A stretch of 64,000 nucleotides of DNA, from positions 1 through 64,000 of the forward strand of contig NIVC01003436.1 of assembly GCA_002269645.1 (NCBI GenBank), in the 5' to 3' direction. The stretch comes from Macrostomum lignano (taxonomy: Eukaryota). Shown here in pieces: positions 12,213-24,300 of the stretch. The notes beneath the pieces are model-generated. The model made no database searches, was not told the origin of the DNA, and was given only the letters and a program-made list of their open reading frames with translations. Positions within the stretch are counted from its first letter, which is position 1. Each line of letters begins with the position of its first letter. A program made the translations under genes and the position numbers.

Positions 12213-12793
12213 AGAGGCAGACACAGAGGCTGGGACAAGCAGACACACAGGCTGGGACAGGCAGACACAGAGGCTGATACAGGCAGACACAGAGGCTGGT
12301 ACAGGCAGACACAGAGGCTGATACAGGCAGACACAGAGGCTGGGACAGGCAGACACAGAGGCTGATACAGGCAGACACAGAGGCTGGGACAGGCAGACAC
12401 AGAGGCTGGGACAGGCAGACACAGAGGCTGGTACAGGCAGACACAGAGGCTGATACAGGCAGACACAGAGGCTGGTACAGGCAGACACAGAGGCTGGTAC
12501 AGGCAGACACAGAGGCTGGGACAGGCAGACACAGAGGCTGGGACAGGCAGACACAGAGGCTGGGACAGGCAGACACAGAGGCTGATACAGGCAGACACAG
12601 AGGCTGGTACAGGCAGACACAGGCTGGGACAGGCAGACACAGAGGCTGATACAGGCAGACACAGGCTGGGACAGGCAGACACAGAGGCTGGGACAGGCAG
12701 ACACAGGCTGGGACAGGCAGACACAGAGGCTGGGACAGGCAGACACAGGCTGGGACAGGCAGACACAGAGGCTGGGACAGGCAGACACAGAGG
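12213..12793. repeat. 20/22-bp minisatellite (ggcagacacagaggctgggaca)n
   Basis: About 26 units. Confidence 0.95.
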
Positions 12794-13413
12794 GTGGGAC
12801 AGTTAGGCAGATCAGACAAAGCCATAAACTCGGAGCAGTTGAGGATCAAACAACCAACTAAAAGTACACGGTGTTGCGGGAATTGAGAGTGAAAATGCCC
12901 AACTTTTTAACATCGGCCTACAAACGGGAGAAACCCAGACCATAGTTGGCGGCCACCAGAAAGGTTAAAAGTTTATTGATAAAAACTGAACATAGATTTT
13001 ACATAGCCAAAATAGCTCAGCGATTGATTATAGCTCTGACAGTAGTACGTTGCGCAAATTTACTAAACCGTTCTCAAGGTAACATTGGTAAGCATAATTT
13101 AAAGAATTAAAAGCAACGATTATTTTTATAAATTTTACTACAAACAGAAATCGTAACTGACGACATGATTAAAATATCCGTGACCTAGACCAGAACTTTG
13201 CACCGCATTTCAAAGGACATTTGTACACCTTTGCAGACCCTGGACACAATCAGAGAGGAATTTTACAGCAGAAAAAATTGTAGGCGAAAATTAAATAACC
13301 GAAATTATTCCACTAGCAGTGCAATCCAAATCGTTAGCAAAGATGCGGTTAGAATGACTGAACCAATGGGAAAGTAGCTGCGTGCTGAAAGGACTAAGCT
13401 GCAGTGAGCAGCC

Positions 13414-13521
13414 AGCCAGACAGTCAGTCAGACAGACAGACAGACACAGACAGACAGACAGTCAGTCAGACAGACAGACAGACAGACACAGACAGACAGA
13501 CAGTCAGTCAGACAGGCAGAC

Positions 13522-13563
<42 letters not shown>

Positions 13564-13567
13564 GGCC

Positions 13568-13599
<32 letters not shown>

Positions 13600-13603
13600 G
13601 GCC

Positions 13604-13652
<49 letters not shown>

Positions 13653-13743
13653 GGCAGACAGACAGACAGACTGACAGACAGACAGACAGACAGAAAGACA
13701 GGCAGACAGACAGACACACAGACAGACAGACAGAGACAGACAT

Positions 13744-13774
<31 letters not shown>
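13414..13774. repeat. (CAGA)n tetranucleotide microsatellite
   Basis: About 90 imperfect units just downstream of the zinc-finger gene stop. Confidence 0.97.
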
Positions 13775-13776
<2 letters not shown>

Positions 13777-13808
13777 GGCCCATCTGATCCTGGCAGCCAG
13801 CAGGCAGT

Positions 13809-16745
13809 CTACAGAGCCTCCAGCGGCACGGTGACCAGCTGCAGTCCGACAGCCTCACTGTGCATCTCTTCGGTCGCCGTCGCCTGAGATTTGTCTGTGT
13901 CGTCGCGTTCGTCGTCGTCGACCAACTCGCCGTCGCGGCCGCAGTTGCCGTCGCCATCGATTGAAACTCCGTTGATTGGCGGCTGCGAGGTGTCCGGCAG
14001 GCGCAGCGGCTCGGCCCCCACCATGGAGACCGGCAGGAGCGGCGACATCACCGGCTCTGGCGGCGGCTCCACGACGGGTGCAGGCGGCAGCTGGTCGACC
14101 AGCATCTGCTGTTGCGCCTGCTGCTCCTCCGCCGACGTCGACGTCGATGAACAAGTTCTGGCAGCGTCGGTGGCGAAGTCATCAGCGCCTGAGCCGGCGG
14201 GTAGCACAAACTTACCGTTGCGGTGCAGCTGGTCCAGCACCGCCTGCGGCAGGCGGCCCAGCCGGACCCTGACGTTGCCGCTTGCCGCCGACATGGCGGA
14301 GAAAATCTCATGCGATACGCAGATTCGCGGGGCCGGCTTGGACCCCGGCTTCGAGTTCGATTGAGTTTTCGATTTCGAACCTGATGAAGCAGCAGAGGAG
14401 GCTGGGGCAGCTGCAGGCGAGGAGGCCGATTTCTGCTCGCTTGGATTATGCAAGCTGGCGTGGCGGCCGTTGTGGCGACCGCCATTCAGGATGGCCGCCG
14501 TTGTGGCGACCGCGGCGGCTACGGCGGCGGCCCGGGTTCGCGTCTTCTTGGCGACAGCGGCCGCGGAAGCAGCGGAAGAAGCGCTGAAGAGCAACAATTT
14601 AGTGTCAAAACTAAACCAAACGAGTCACTTACCGAATCCTTACCGCCGTTCAAATCTCGCCTTAGTAGCTCAAAATTTCACCTGAGTAGCTCAAATCCCA
14701 CCTCAGTAGCTCAAATTCCACCTGAGTAGCTCAAATCCCACCTGAGTAGCTCAAATCCCACCTCAGTAGCTCAAATCCCACCTCAGAAGCTCAAATCCCA
14801 CCTCAGTAGCTCAAATCCCACCTCAGAAGCTCAAATCCCACCTCAGAAGCTCAAATCCCACCTCAGAAGCTCAAATCCCACCTCAGAAGCTCAAATCCCA
14901 CCCGAGTAGCTCAAATCCCACCCGAGTAGCTCAAATCCCACCTGAGTAGCTCAAATCCCACCTGAGTAGCTCAAATCCCACCTGAGTAGCTCAAATCCCA
15001 ACCGAGTAGCTCAAATCCTACCCGAGTAGCTCAAATCCCACCCGAGTAGCTCAAATCCCACCTGAGTAGCTCAAATCCCACCTGAGTAGCTCAAATCCCA
15101 CCTGAGTAGCTCAAATCCCACCCGAGTAGCTTAAATCCCACCTGAGTAGCTCAAATCCTACCTGAGTAGCTCAAATCCCACCCGAGTAGCTCAAATCCCA
15201 CCCGAGTAGCTCAAATCCCACCTGAGTAGCTCAAATCCCACCTGAGTAGCTCAAATCCCACCTGAGTAGCTCAAATCCCACCTGAGTAGCTCAAATCACA
15301 CCTGAGTAGCTCAAATCCCACCTGAGTAGCTCAAATCCCACCCGAGTAGCTCAAATCCCACCCGAGTAGCTTAAATCCCACCTGAGTAGCTCAAATCCCA
15401 CCTGAGTAGCTCAAATCCCACCCGAGTAGCTCAAATCCCACCTGAGTAGCTCAAATCCCACCTGAGTAGCTCAAATCCCACCTGAGTAGCTCAAATCCCA
15501 CCTGAGTAGCTCAAATCTCACCTGAGTAGCTCAAATCCCACCCGAGTAGCTCAAATCCCACCCGAGTAGCTCAAATCCCACCTGAGTAGCTCAAATCCCA
15601 CCTGAGTAGCTCAAATCCCACCTGAGTAGCTCAAATCCCACCTGAGTAGCTCAAATCCCACCTGAGTAGCTCAAATCCCACCTGAGTAGCTCAAATCTCA
15701 CCTGAGTAGCTCAAATCCCACCCGAGTAGCTCAAATCCCACCTGAGTAGCTCAAATCCCACCAGAGTAGCTTAAATTCCACCTGAGTAGCTCAAATCCCA
15801 CCTGAGTAGCTCAAATCCCACCCGAGTAGCTCAAATCCCACCCGAGTAGCTCAAATCCCACCTGAGTAGCTCAAATCCCACCTGAGTAGCTCAAATCCCA
15901 CCTGAGTAGCTCAAATCCCACCTCAGTAGCTTAAATCCCACCCGAGTAGCTCAAATCCCACCTGAGTACCTCAGTAGCTCAAATCCCATTGGAATCTAGA
16001 TGAATCCTCGCTCTTTAACTCACCAGACGCTTTTTTGTTCCGTCTTCAGAGCAACAGAATTTTGAGACTCAAGCAGTTTGGCAGAATTCAGCGATTTTCT
16101 AGACTTGGCTTTTTTGCTTGCAGTCGCAGGCAACGAATGCCTGACTGCGGCTCTGCTAGCAGCCTTACGTGTTCGGGAGTTGGAGCTCCTTGCATTCTTC
16201 TCGCTACTAATGCTGGATCTCTTAGAGCTGCCAGCCTCTGCGGTGGACAGCGACTGTCGCTTAGCAGGTCTGGCTTCTACCGAGGACTGCGAAACGGACG
16301 GAGAGCTGGAAGCTCGGAGCCGCTTCTTGCTGGGCTGACTGACGGATTGCTGAATGTCCGGCTGTGACTGAACAGTCAAAGCAGCAGCAGCAGCAGCAGC
16401 AGTAGCAGAGGCAACAGGCTCAGAAGCAACAGGCGCAGAGGCAACAGAAGCAGCCGTTTGAACAGACACTGGCAGCGCCAACAGCTGAACATCCGGCCGC
16501 TGGTGCAGGGTGGCCACCAGCAGCAGGTCGGAGTCATCTCCGTGAGACTCCCGGCAGTGCCGCTTCACCATAAACAGCCGGTTGGTGACCAGGCCGCAAA
16601 TCCTGCAGCCAAACAGCTGGTCTGTGGAGGCGGTGTCGATGCCCGGACAGCATGTCAGCCTGTGGTGCATCAGCTGATCCAGAGAATAAAATGCCTGGTC
16701 GCAACCGCGGCAAATTGTGTCCGCCTTCTGGCTGACTGCAGACAT
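13809..16745 (-). CDS. Zinc-finger protein (~498 aa) with N-terminal C2HC/C2H2-type fingers and low-complexity Ala/Ser regions; exons 16024-16745 and 13809-14583
   Basis: [18 protein letters not shown] and [22 protein letters not shown] fit the finger pattern. Donor TG|GTGAGT and acceptor ctcttcAG|C are phase-2 compatible. Stop is TAG at 13809. Confidence 0.78.
14661..15988. repeat. 20-bp intronic minisatellite (cctgagtagctcaaatccca)n
   Basis: About 65 near-identical units fill almost the entire intron. Confidence 0.97.
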
Positions 16746-16929
16746 GCTGGGTGCTGCAGTTTAAATGCACTGCTTCTAGCTATATAGAGAGCTCACAATA
16801 GGCAGCAAAAACAGAACAGTCAAGTCTGCTTTTAGTAATGTTTATAAAATGTGTTTAAATATGCCAGAAAAATAAACTACTACCAAAACCTGTCTTTATA
16901 TGTGTTAAAAGGTAGAATGGTAGATAGGT

Positions 16930-18620
16930 AGGTTTTCGCATTACTCCCGTCTGGTACGCGGCCTAGCTTGGATCAAGGATCATGAGCAACCTTTGAAGCA
17001 GTCGAGTTGTTCAGACAACTAACAGATCAATAGCACTGGCAGCACAGCACACGAGCTCAATGATGCAGAAGAACTTTTGTTGAAGTCAGCTCAACAACAA
17101 GCATTTTCAAAGGAAATTATTGCTTGGAAGTTATGCAGCACTGTGTGTCAGGAGGTGCACACCTCATCGTATCATCCAGCGTCAAGTGGGCAAGCCGAAA
17201 GGGTGGTGAGGAGTCTGAAGACCTGGACAAAGGTGGTGCCGTCTGACCATTTTCTACAGAAGTTGCTGCCGACTATTAAGGAACAAGTCGGCCAAGTGGA
17301 AACAGCATGCATGGCATTGCCTGTTGTGCAAATGTGGGGCTGGCGGCTGCGTCACCCGCTGACCATGAGCGAGCAAGTCGGCAAACCCATTCAGCTCACG
17401 CTCGTCCTGACTCTGCACTGATGCCTGCTAAGTTTGTGGTGCAGCACGGCCTGAACACGTCCTGACTCTGCACTGATGCCTGCTAAGTTTGTGGTGCAGC
17501 ACGGCCTGAACACGTCCTGACTCTGCACTGATGCCTGCTAAGTTTGTGGTGCAGCACGGCCTGAACACGTCCTGACTCTGCACTGATGCCTGCTAAGTTT
17601 GTGGTGCAGCACGGCCTGAACACGTCCTGACTCTGCACTGATGCCTGCTAAGTTTGTGGTGCAGCACGGCCTGAACACGTCCTGACTCTGCACTGATGCC
17701 TGCTAAGTTTGTGGTGCAGCACGGCCTGAACACGTCCTGACTCTGCACTGATGCCTGCTAAGTTTGTGGTGCAGCACGGCCTGAACACGTCCTGACTCTG
17801 CACTGATGCCTGCTAAGTTTGTGGTGCAGCACGGCCTGAACACGTCCTGACTCTGCACTGATGCCTGCTAAGTTTGTGGTGCAGCACGGCCTGAACACGT
17901 CCTGACTCTGCACTGATGCCTGCTAAGTTTGTGGTGCAGCACGGCCTGAACACGTCCTGACTCTGCACTGATGCCTGCTAAGTTTGTGGTGCAGCACGGC
18001 CTGAACACGTCCTGACTCTGCACTGATGCCTGCTAAGTTTGTGGTGCAGCACGGCCTGAACACGTCCTGACTCTGCACTGATGCCTGCTAAGTTTGTGGT
18101 GCAGCACGGTCTGAACACGTCCTGACTCTGCACTGATGCCTGCTAAGTTTGTGGTGCAGCACGGCCTGAACACGTCCTGACTCTGCACTGATGCCTGCTA
18201 AGTTTGTGGTGCAGCACGGCCTGAACACGTCCTGACTCTGCACTGATGCCTGCCAAGTTTGTGGTGCAGCACGGCCTGAACACGTCCTGACTCTGCACTG
18301 ATGCCTGCTAAGTTTGTGGTGCAGCACGGCCTGAACACGTCCTGACTCTGCACTGATGCCTGCTAAGTTTGTGGTGCAGCACGGCCTGAACACGTCCTGA
18401 CTCTGCACTGATGCCTGCTAAGTTTGTGGTGCAGCACGGCCTGAACGTGGCACTCGTGACCTCGACTGAACAACGCAATGGTGGACTGCGACTGGCGCAT
18501 GCGAAGCCACTGGCCTGGCACAGCTGCCTCTGCTGAAGGATTTCCAGACGTGGAAAAACCCGAGGCCCAGTCCAATCAGCTCGAGGAGTGCAACGATGTG
18601 ATGAGGCATGGTGATTCTGG
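16930..18620 (+). mobile_element. Degenerate, internally deleted BEL/Pao-like LTR retrotransposon pol relic
   Basis: One frame reads RFSHYSRLVRGLAWIK...ELNDAEELLLKSAQQQAFSKEI (BEL/Pao post-RNaseH motif) and then TSSYHPASSGQAERVVRSLK (integrase E-motif). LRHPLT follows. After the array, LAQLPLLKDFQTWKNPRP resembles the BEL C-terminal EYLPLLQxRxKW motif. No LTRs found. Confidence 0.65.
17405..18446. repeat. 55-bp tandem repeat, ~19 near-identical copies
   Basis: Unit cctgactctgcactgatgcctgctaagtttgtggtgcagcacggcctgaacacgt, period 55 (17461 to 17516). Confidence 0.97.
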
Positions 18621-20266
18621 TGCCACAGATCACGAGCTGAATCAGGGAGTTGATCCCAAGTTGGGAAGCCAGGGGATAGGGAATTGTATAATCTTCATCC
18701 ATTTAAGCATATCCATTAATATATCAGAACTGGCTCGCTTGAGAGCTGTATTATTCATTTGTTATCTGTCAATTGTCACGTCTTGGTATCAGCTTTTATA
18801 GGTATGATAAAAAAAATTAATTCTAGTGATATTTAGCATATGGCACTTTTTCAACATGCACTAAGTAGCAGCATAGGAAATTTCCATCCATTGGACCTCC
18901 TCCTAGTTTATCTTTGACCCCTTAACATAGTCCTTGGTACCTTAGAAGAGAATTAACCAAACCTTAACGTATTTTTTAGACCCTTGGCCTTAATGCATTT
19001 CTTTACATTTCCAGAATCTATCTAATAGGGCCCAATGCCACCTATTGAAGGTGCCTATAATGTCAGGATAGTGACTAAATACTTGGAAGACTAGTTGAAG
19101 ATGCTCAATAGCTAAGACTTGTCTTGAGCTTTATAATAGAAACATAATATAGTTGCAACAAGGTACTTATAGTCACCTAGTGGCTTGTATCACTAGTTAA
19201 AAGTGCAAATGCCAATGATGTTGAGATAATGAAAAATGCTTAAAAGAATAGCTTATGATATTTAGCAATTGGGTTTTCTCATTTAAGTTTGGTCAATAAT
19301 AAAGAAATTTGCAATAAGATATCAATATAGTCATCTAACATTATAGATTGAGGGTCTAGAAGCTTTATCGAGGTAAAGCCAATAACCAATAAAGTCACAG
19401 CTAATGCCAACATAGGCTATGCATTCAATGTGCTAATAAAATTTAGAGGCTTGGCAAGACCATACTGAGGCATAATGCTATTGGTATATAGAGATATACT
19501 CAATTTACTAGACCTCAGGTTCTTAGAACTTTTAAGAAAAATCTAACCTATCAAAATGATTGGATATCCAAAGTCTGAAAGGCTAACAATTGATTCTTAA
19601 TTAAGACTCTACATGAACAAAAAGTTAGTTTATGATTTTGATATAGTTCAAATATACTAAGCCTACATTAAATTGTTAAGTATTGAAAGTTTACTATTAA
19701 CAAAATTTGCCTATATCTATATCAATAGTTATAGCCATTACAGCTTTAAAGGTTAAATATATATTATCATTAATAGGTTAGCATAGGCCTAGCATACTAA
19801 TTTTAACAAGATTGTAGCATATAAGTTTACAAAGAATTTTACATCTAATTGCCCACTCTAAAAGATATTATTCATACCAGAATTTGGTTTGTATAAAATT
19901 TAGTATATATTGGTGTGGCTTTGGGTAGTGCATAACATGGTGGCATAAGAGGTGTGGCAAAAAGAAGTCATTTTATACCAAAATTTTAATAATTAAATGC
20001 CTATATAGCAAATCATTTACCGGCGCTTGTATGTTATACCAATATCATATCATGAATCCCAACTACAGAAAAGTGCAGAAAATAATTACAGACTTACTGC
20101 AGAAAACTAGTGTTTCCACATAGGCAGTTTATTTGTTATGATAAACATTCTAAATTTGAAAATAAACTTCATTTTTACAGCTTCAAAAATCTTTAAAAAA
20201 TGAAGAATAACAAAGGAAAAGAAGCAAAAATGGACTAAGTTGTATATGATAGCCAGACATGCTTGG

Positions 20267-20420
20267 GCATAACCTAGGGATTCACCAGGCTATTTATATT
20301 GGCAATGCACACATATAAGTTGCTATTAGACAGAATAGTAGTCATGTGACTGGTCTCAGCCAATAGCAACTTACATGTGTGTTGCCAATAGAAATAGCCA
20401 AGTGATTCCTGAGGTTGTGC
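20267..20420. repeat. Imperfect inverted repeat (~60-bp arms; hairpin/MITE relic)
   Basis: 20267-20327 is the reverse complement of 20362-20420, with about 7 mismatch/indel sites. Confidence 0.8.
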
Positions 20421-20726
20421 ATGTATGTTGCTAGAGCCTAGAGGCAACTAAGTTACAACCAGAGGCAACTAGCTAAGTGAAATTTTTATATTGGGCATGT
20501 AGATATGCAAACAAAAAAATTCCTTATTATACATTTCAAAATGCATTTAACATTATCTAGATTATGGCCAACTGCTTATCTTTATTTTTTAATACAATAT
20601 TTTAATAGAATAATAAGTAATATTAGAGTTCAACTATAGCTATAGATATAATTATAGGAACTTATTACTTTATATTTTTAGTTCATATATCTAGTAATAC
20701 CACTCAACTAAGAAATAAAAGTCTAG

Positions 20727-21323
20727 GTGCCCTTTGCAAAAGCTCTTAAAAAAGCCACTAAAGAAAAATAAGATGCAATAGAAAGGTTCAAGGCCAAGCA
20801 TATCTTAGCCTATGCTGCTCAATGCTTCCTTCCTTTAGGCTCTACACTGAAGATGTGGGACATGATTTTAGATTCCTAAGGCAAAGATTTTTTTACCATA
20901 TGATTGACTAACTAATTGAAGTTTGAAGTTAGTGAAGTTACTAAAGTCATTTTTAATCTCATTGCTATAGCACTTCACAAAGCCTTTACTCAGAGCATCC
21001 TAACTGCCAGGAAAACAAGAAATTGCAGTACAAGCTCTTTGGCTATGATTTTCTATTGAATCTGCTTGGCCTCTTAGATTTGCTTGACTCTATCTGAAAC
21101 CTTATAGAGTTTATACAAGATGGCAAGCAGCCACATTGGAAGATGGCTTTTCTATGGCCAAATGTAACTAGCTTTCTTAAATGCTATTCTCAAGGCTTTG
21201 ATGTTAATCATTATCTATAGCTAAAACTTTGCTACAGCTTGCTTTGCAAAGGTAGTGTGGTAATTCCATGTCTTTTTTCCACCAAACCTAGCTCATGTCT
21301 CATTAGCTTCTAATCTATACTAA
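20727..21323 (+). pseudogene. Decayed reading frame of unknown origin
   Basis: 199 codons with ~23 Ala codons (about 3x the random expectation), no CGN codons and 11 stops. The stop count alone is not distinguishable from random. Confidence 0.35.
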
Positions 21324-24300
21324 TCTTATGATTCTTGTCAAATTTATTTTCATGATCTATTGACTATTTCTTAAAATAGACCCATAGACTATTGACTAAA
21401 TTATACTGAACAAACAATTCAAATCACAATATGAAACTATTTAAATTCAAATATCAAGTGGCAAATTTCAAGGTATAACTTTGCTTTATAGCTGGCTTGT
21501 AGACAAAGATTGCTCTTATTGAAATTACAATTGGACTGCATATGAACAATTAAATATAGATATTAGTATCAAACAGTTTACTATATATTAAATGTGGTGA
21601 AGCACTTTGTATAGCAGACAGAGTGGCACTGAAGCCTTGGCTTAAACTCATAGTTGACTTGCAAATACATGGCCATCTACATTAGTACTATACACTAGTA
21701 TACTAGACATTTCTATCTGGTAAAGGCCAGGAATCATGGGTTGTCCTGACCATTATAGGACCAATCATACTATACAAATTGAGCAATCAAGTGCTCTAGG
21801 GGCCTATTCTAATTTTATTGCACATATATCTCCATATGACAATGGAGTCCAACTATTAGCACACAGTGAAACTTGACGTTGACAAAGCAGTGGTATATTG
21901 GTTGCTTTATTACAATTCTTGTGTATTTAAACCTGCAAATGAGAAGGTGCACCATTTGTTAGATTTTGCTTTTCATTGTAATAATACAGGTAGGCCCTAT
22001 AATATAATATAGGCTTTTGAAGCTAAAATATTCCAATACTCACTAGCCTAACTATGATATCAATGATACCAACTTATACAATTTATTTTAAAAAGCAATA
22101 GGCCTAGTCAAGACTCTACATAGTAATGCATTTGCAGGAACAGTAGGATAGCCAGATAAATGCAACTTTGGCAATAGGATCTAAACTTGATAGATGCTGC
22201 CTTTGATCTACATATTAGCATTAGATCTACTAGGGGCCTACTGCATGAGGCTACTTGGGTGTTTTATTCTGGGACAAAGAAACTAGAATCTGACCTTATT
22301 GTGGACCTTTTTTATGACCTCTAGTAGTCATTAGTCATACATAGTCAGTAGTGCATATCCAAGAAGTAGGCCTACATTGTCAGCAAGGTTATAAGAGCCT
22401 AGACTGGAATTGTAAGGCAGTTCATTGCATCTAAAAAAATTTAGTTTATAGACATTTATAGATATTTATAGACATTTTTTATTTATGGACATTTTTTAAT
22501 TTGGACTAGGCGGCTAGGCCTAAATATAAACTTTTTTAAAGACACTAAAAATCTAAAATCACTCATCATCCTTATTGGACATGTTATGAAATCAAAAAGA
22601 ATAACAGCTAAGGTAGTAGTAGTAAGTTTGGCTCAGGCAGGAAGCCTGTTTGGCCAGTATACGTCAGTGTATTTAATAAAATTATAAGCTAATAGGCCTA
22701 AGCTAAATATAAGTTATGTGGTAGGTCGATCTACCACTGGGTTCAACAGCTGCCTCTGCAAAATGACCCACACTGTGACGTTTGTAATTCTATTGTGTTT
22801 GTCGTCCCGCCATTGCCCCTTCTGTTGGTTTTTCTCGTCCTTCTGCCCCATCCCATGCCCCATCCTGTGCCACTTCGGTTGGCCTTGTTTTTGTCATTTT
22901 TTTGTTTGTCTGTGTTTTCTGCTGCCCCATTTTTTGCCGCAGCGGTAACCCCATCCTCCGCCCCTGCATCGGTCGCCGCACATGTCGGTTAATATTTTTT
23001 ATGCAATATGGCCGGATCTGGCCGCACATTTTGCATGCCTGTTTTCTTTCCTATTTTGTTCATCCCTGTACCGACTGTTTTCATCTTTGACTCGCGACAC
23101 TAATAGCCTATGGCAAATTGTTAATTTCTATTAATATTTAATCAGCACCTCGGCACCGCCAGAACAGTTTCGTCAGTAGGCCTAGTTAATAATAACCAAC
23201 AGTTAAGCAATTTTATTTCAATTAATACTCAATAAACATTAAATCATTTACCCTCATTAATTATTCGAAGCACTGATAGTTTATCTTGAGTCATTTTGCC
23301 CGTGGGGCGTAAAACGACCTAATTAATCTCTCGGGTGTTGGTAGTATTTCTTGCTTTACTTATTTACTAAAATAGATTTACATTGGCTAAATAGGGGCCC
23401 CCCGGGCCGGGCCGGGCCGTGAATTACTGATATACCCAATTAATCTCACCGATACGAGCTCTGAGATCTCAAAGTTCCGTAATACGAAATTACGGTGGTG
23501 GCAGCGCTACTCTACTATTAACTACTATCTACTATTAAGCAACTAAGTGAATCAACGTACATTGAATCTACGGTGCATGAGGACCCAACTGAACGACCGT
23601 GCCTGCTAAGCGACCGCTCGACCGCGATTACGACTACCCTCCCCCCAAAATTGAGGACCCGGCAGTAGGAGTAAGGAGAAAATCGACCTGAACAAGTCCG
23701 TGCAACTTTCCAGCTTTACGAGTGCCAAGTTATGGCCACGACGGCGGCTATTTGAAATAGCAATTTTCACACGAAATCGACCTTCGACCGCCCACCAAAT
23801 TTTCTTTCTCCGACCCCCACCTCAGTTACCTAAAACATTGAACTCTGATTCTTAGAAATTGCGAATTCAAACAAAATCTATAGATGGCAAATTTATACTT
23901 GTAACCAATTAAATATGCTTAAAGTTTGAAGTGAGTGTGACGTATCTGTGGCGCAAGGATAAGGCTTAACAGTTAATCTGTACCTCTTTCAAGAATTTTT
24001 TGTGCAGCGCAGAAGCGAAGCAACGCAGGCAAACGAAATTTTAAAGAACGGGCTAGCTCTTTGTTGTGCCCTTCTCAAACATGAATCAAGTCGCCAACAC
24101 TCCGGGCCGTCGAGATATTCAATTTAACAACTCTGCCAGAAGGTCCGATTTATTTGCATTCAATACAGCCCTCTGCCGTACATGTGAACCAGTTGCACTG
24201 CGTAGCACCTCGACCGTGAATGTACATCATCTCTGACTTTGTTAGTCACTGCCCTTCACCCAGACGGAGCTTCTGAACCTTCGGCAGGTGCATCAGGTGG

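Larger units (their letters stand above)
18840..22680. other. AT-rich, extremely CpG-depleted domain
   Basis: Manual count of about 7 CG in ~3.8 kb, versus roughly 100 expected from base composition. CG returns abruptly after ~22716. Confidence 0.85.

Noticed and set aside
12149-13957. Cys/Val-rich and QTDR ORFs
   Set aside because: Products of the 22-bp and (CAGA)n repeats.
17405-18446. CRISPR-like regular array (also considered 29594-29990 and 50378-51796)
   Set aside because: Head-to-tail units have no unique spacers, there are no cas genes, and the context is eukaryotic.
22716-23090. Gag zinc-knuckle-like fragment (CAARSGHIA) on the minus strand
   Set aside because: Incomplete CCHC pattern, interrupted by stops, with no supporting pol.
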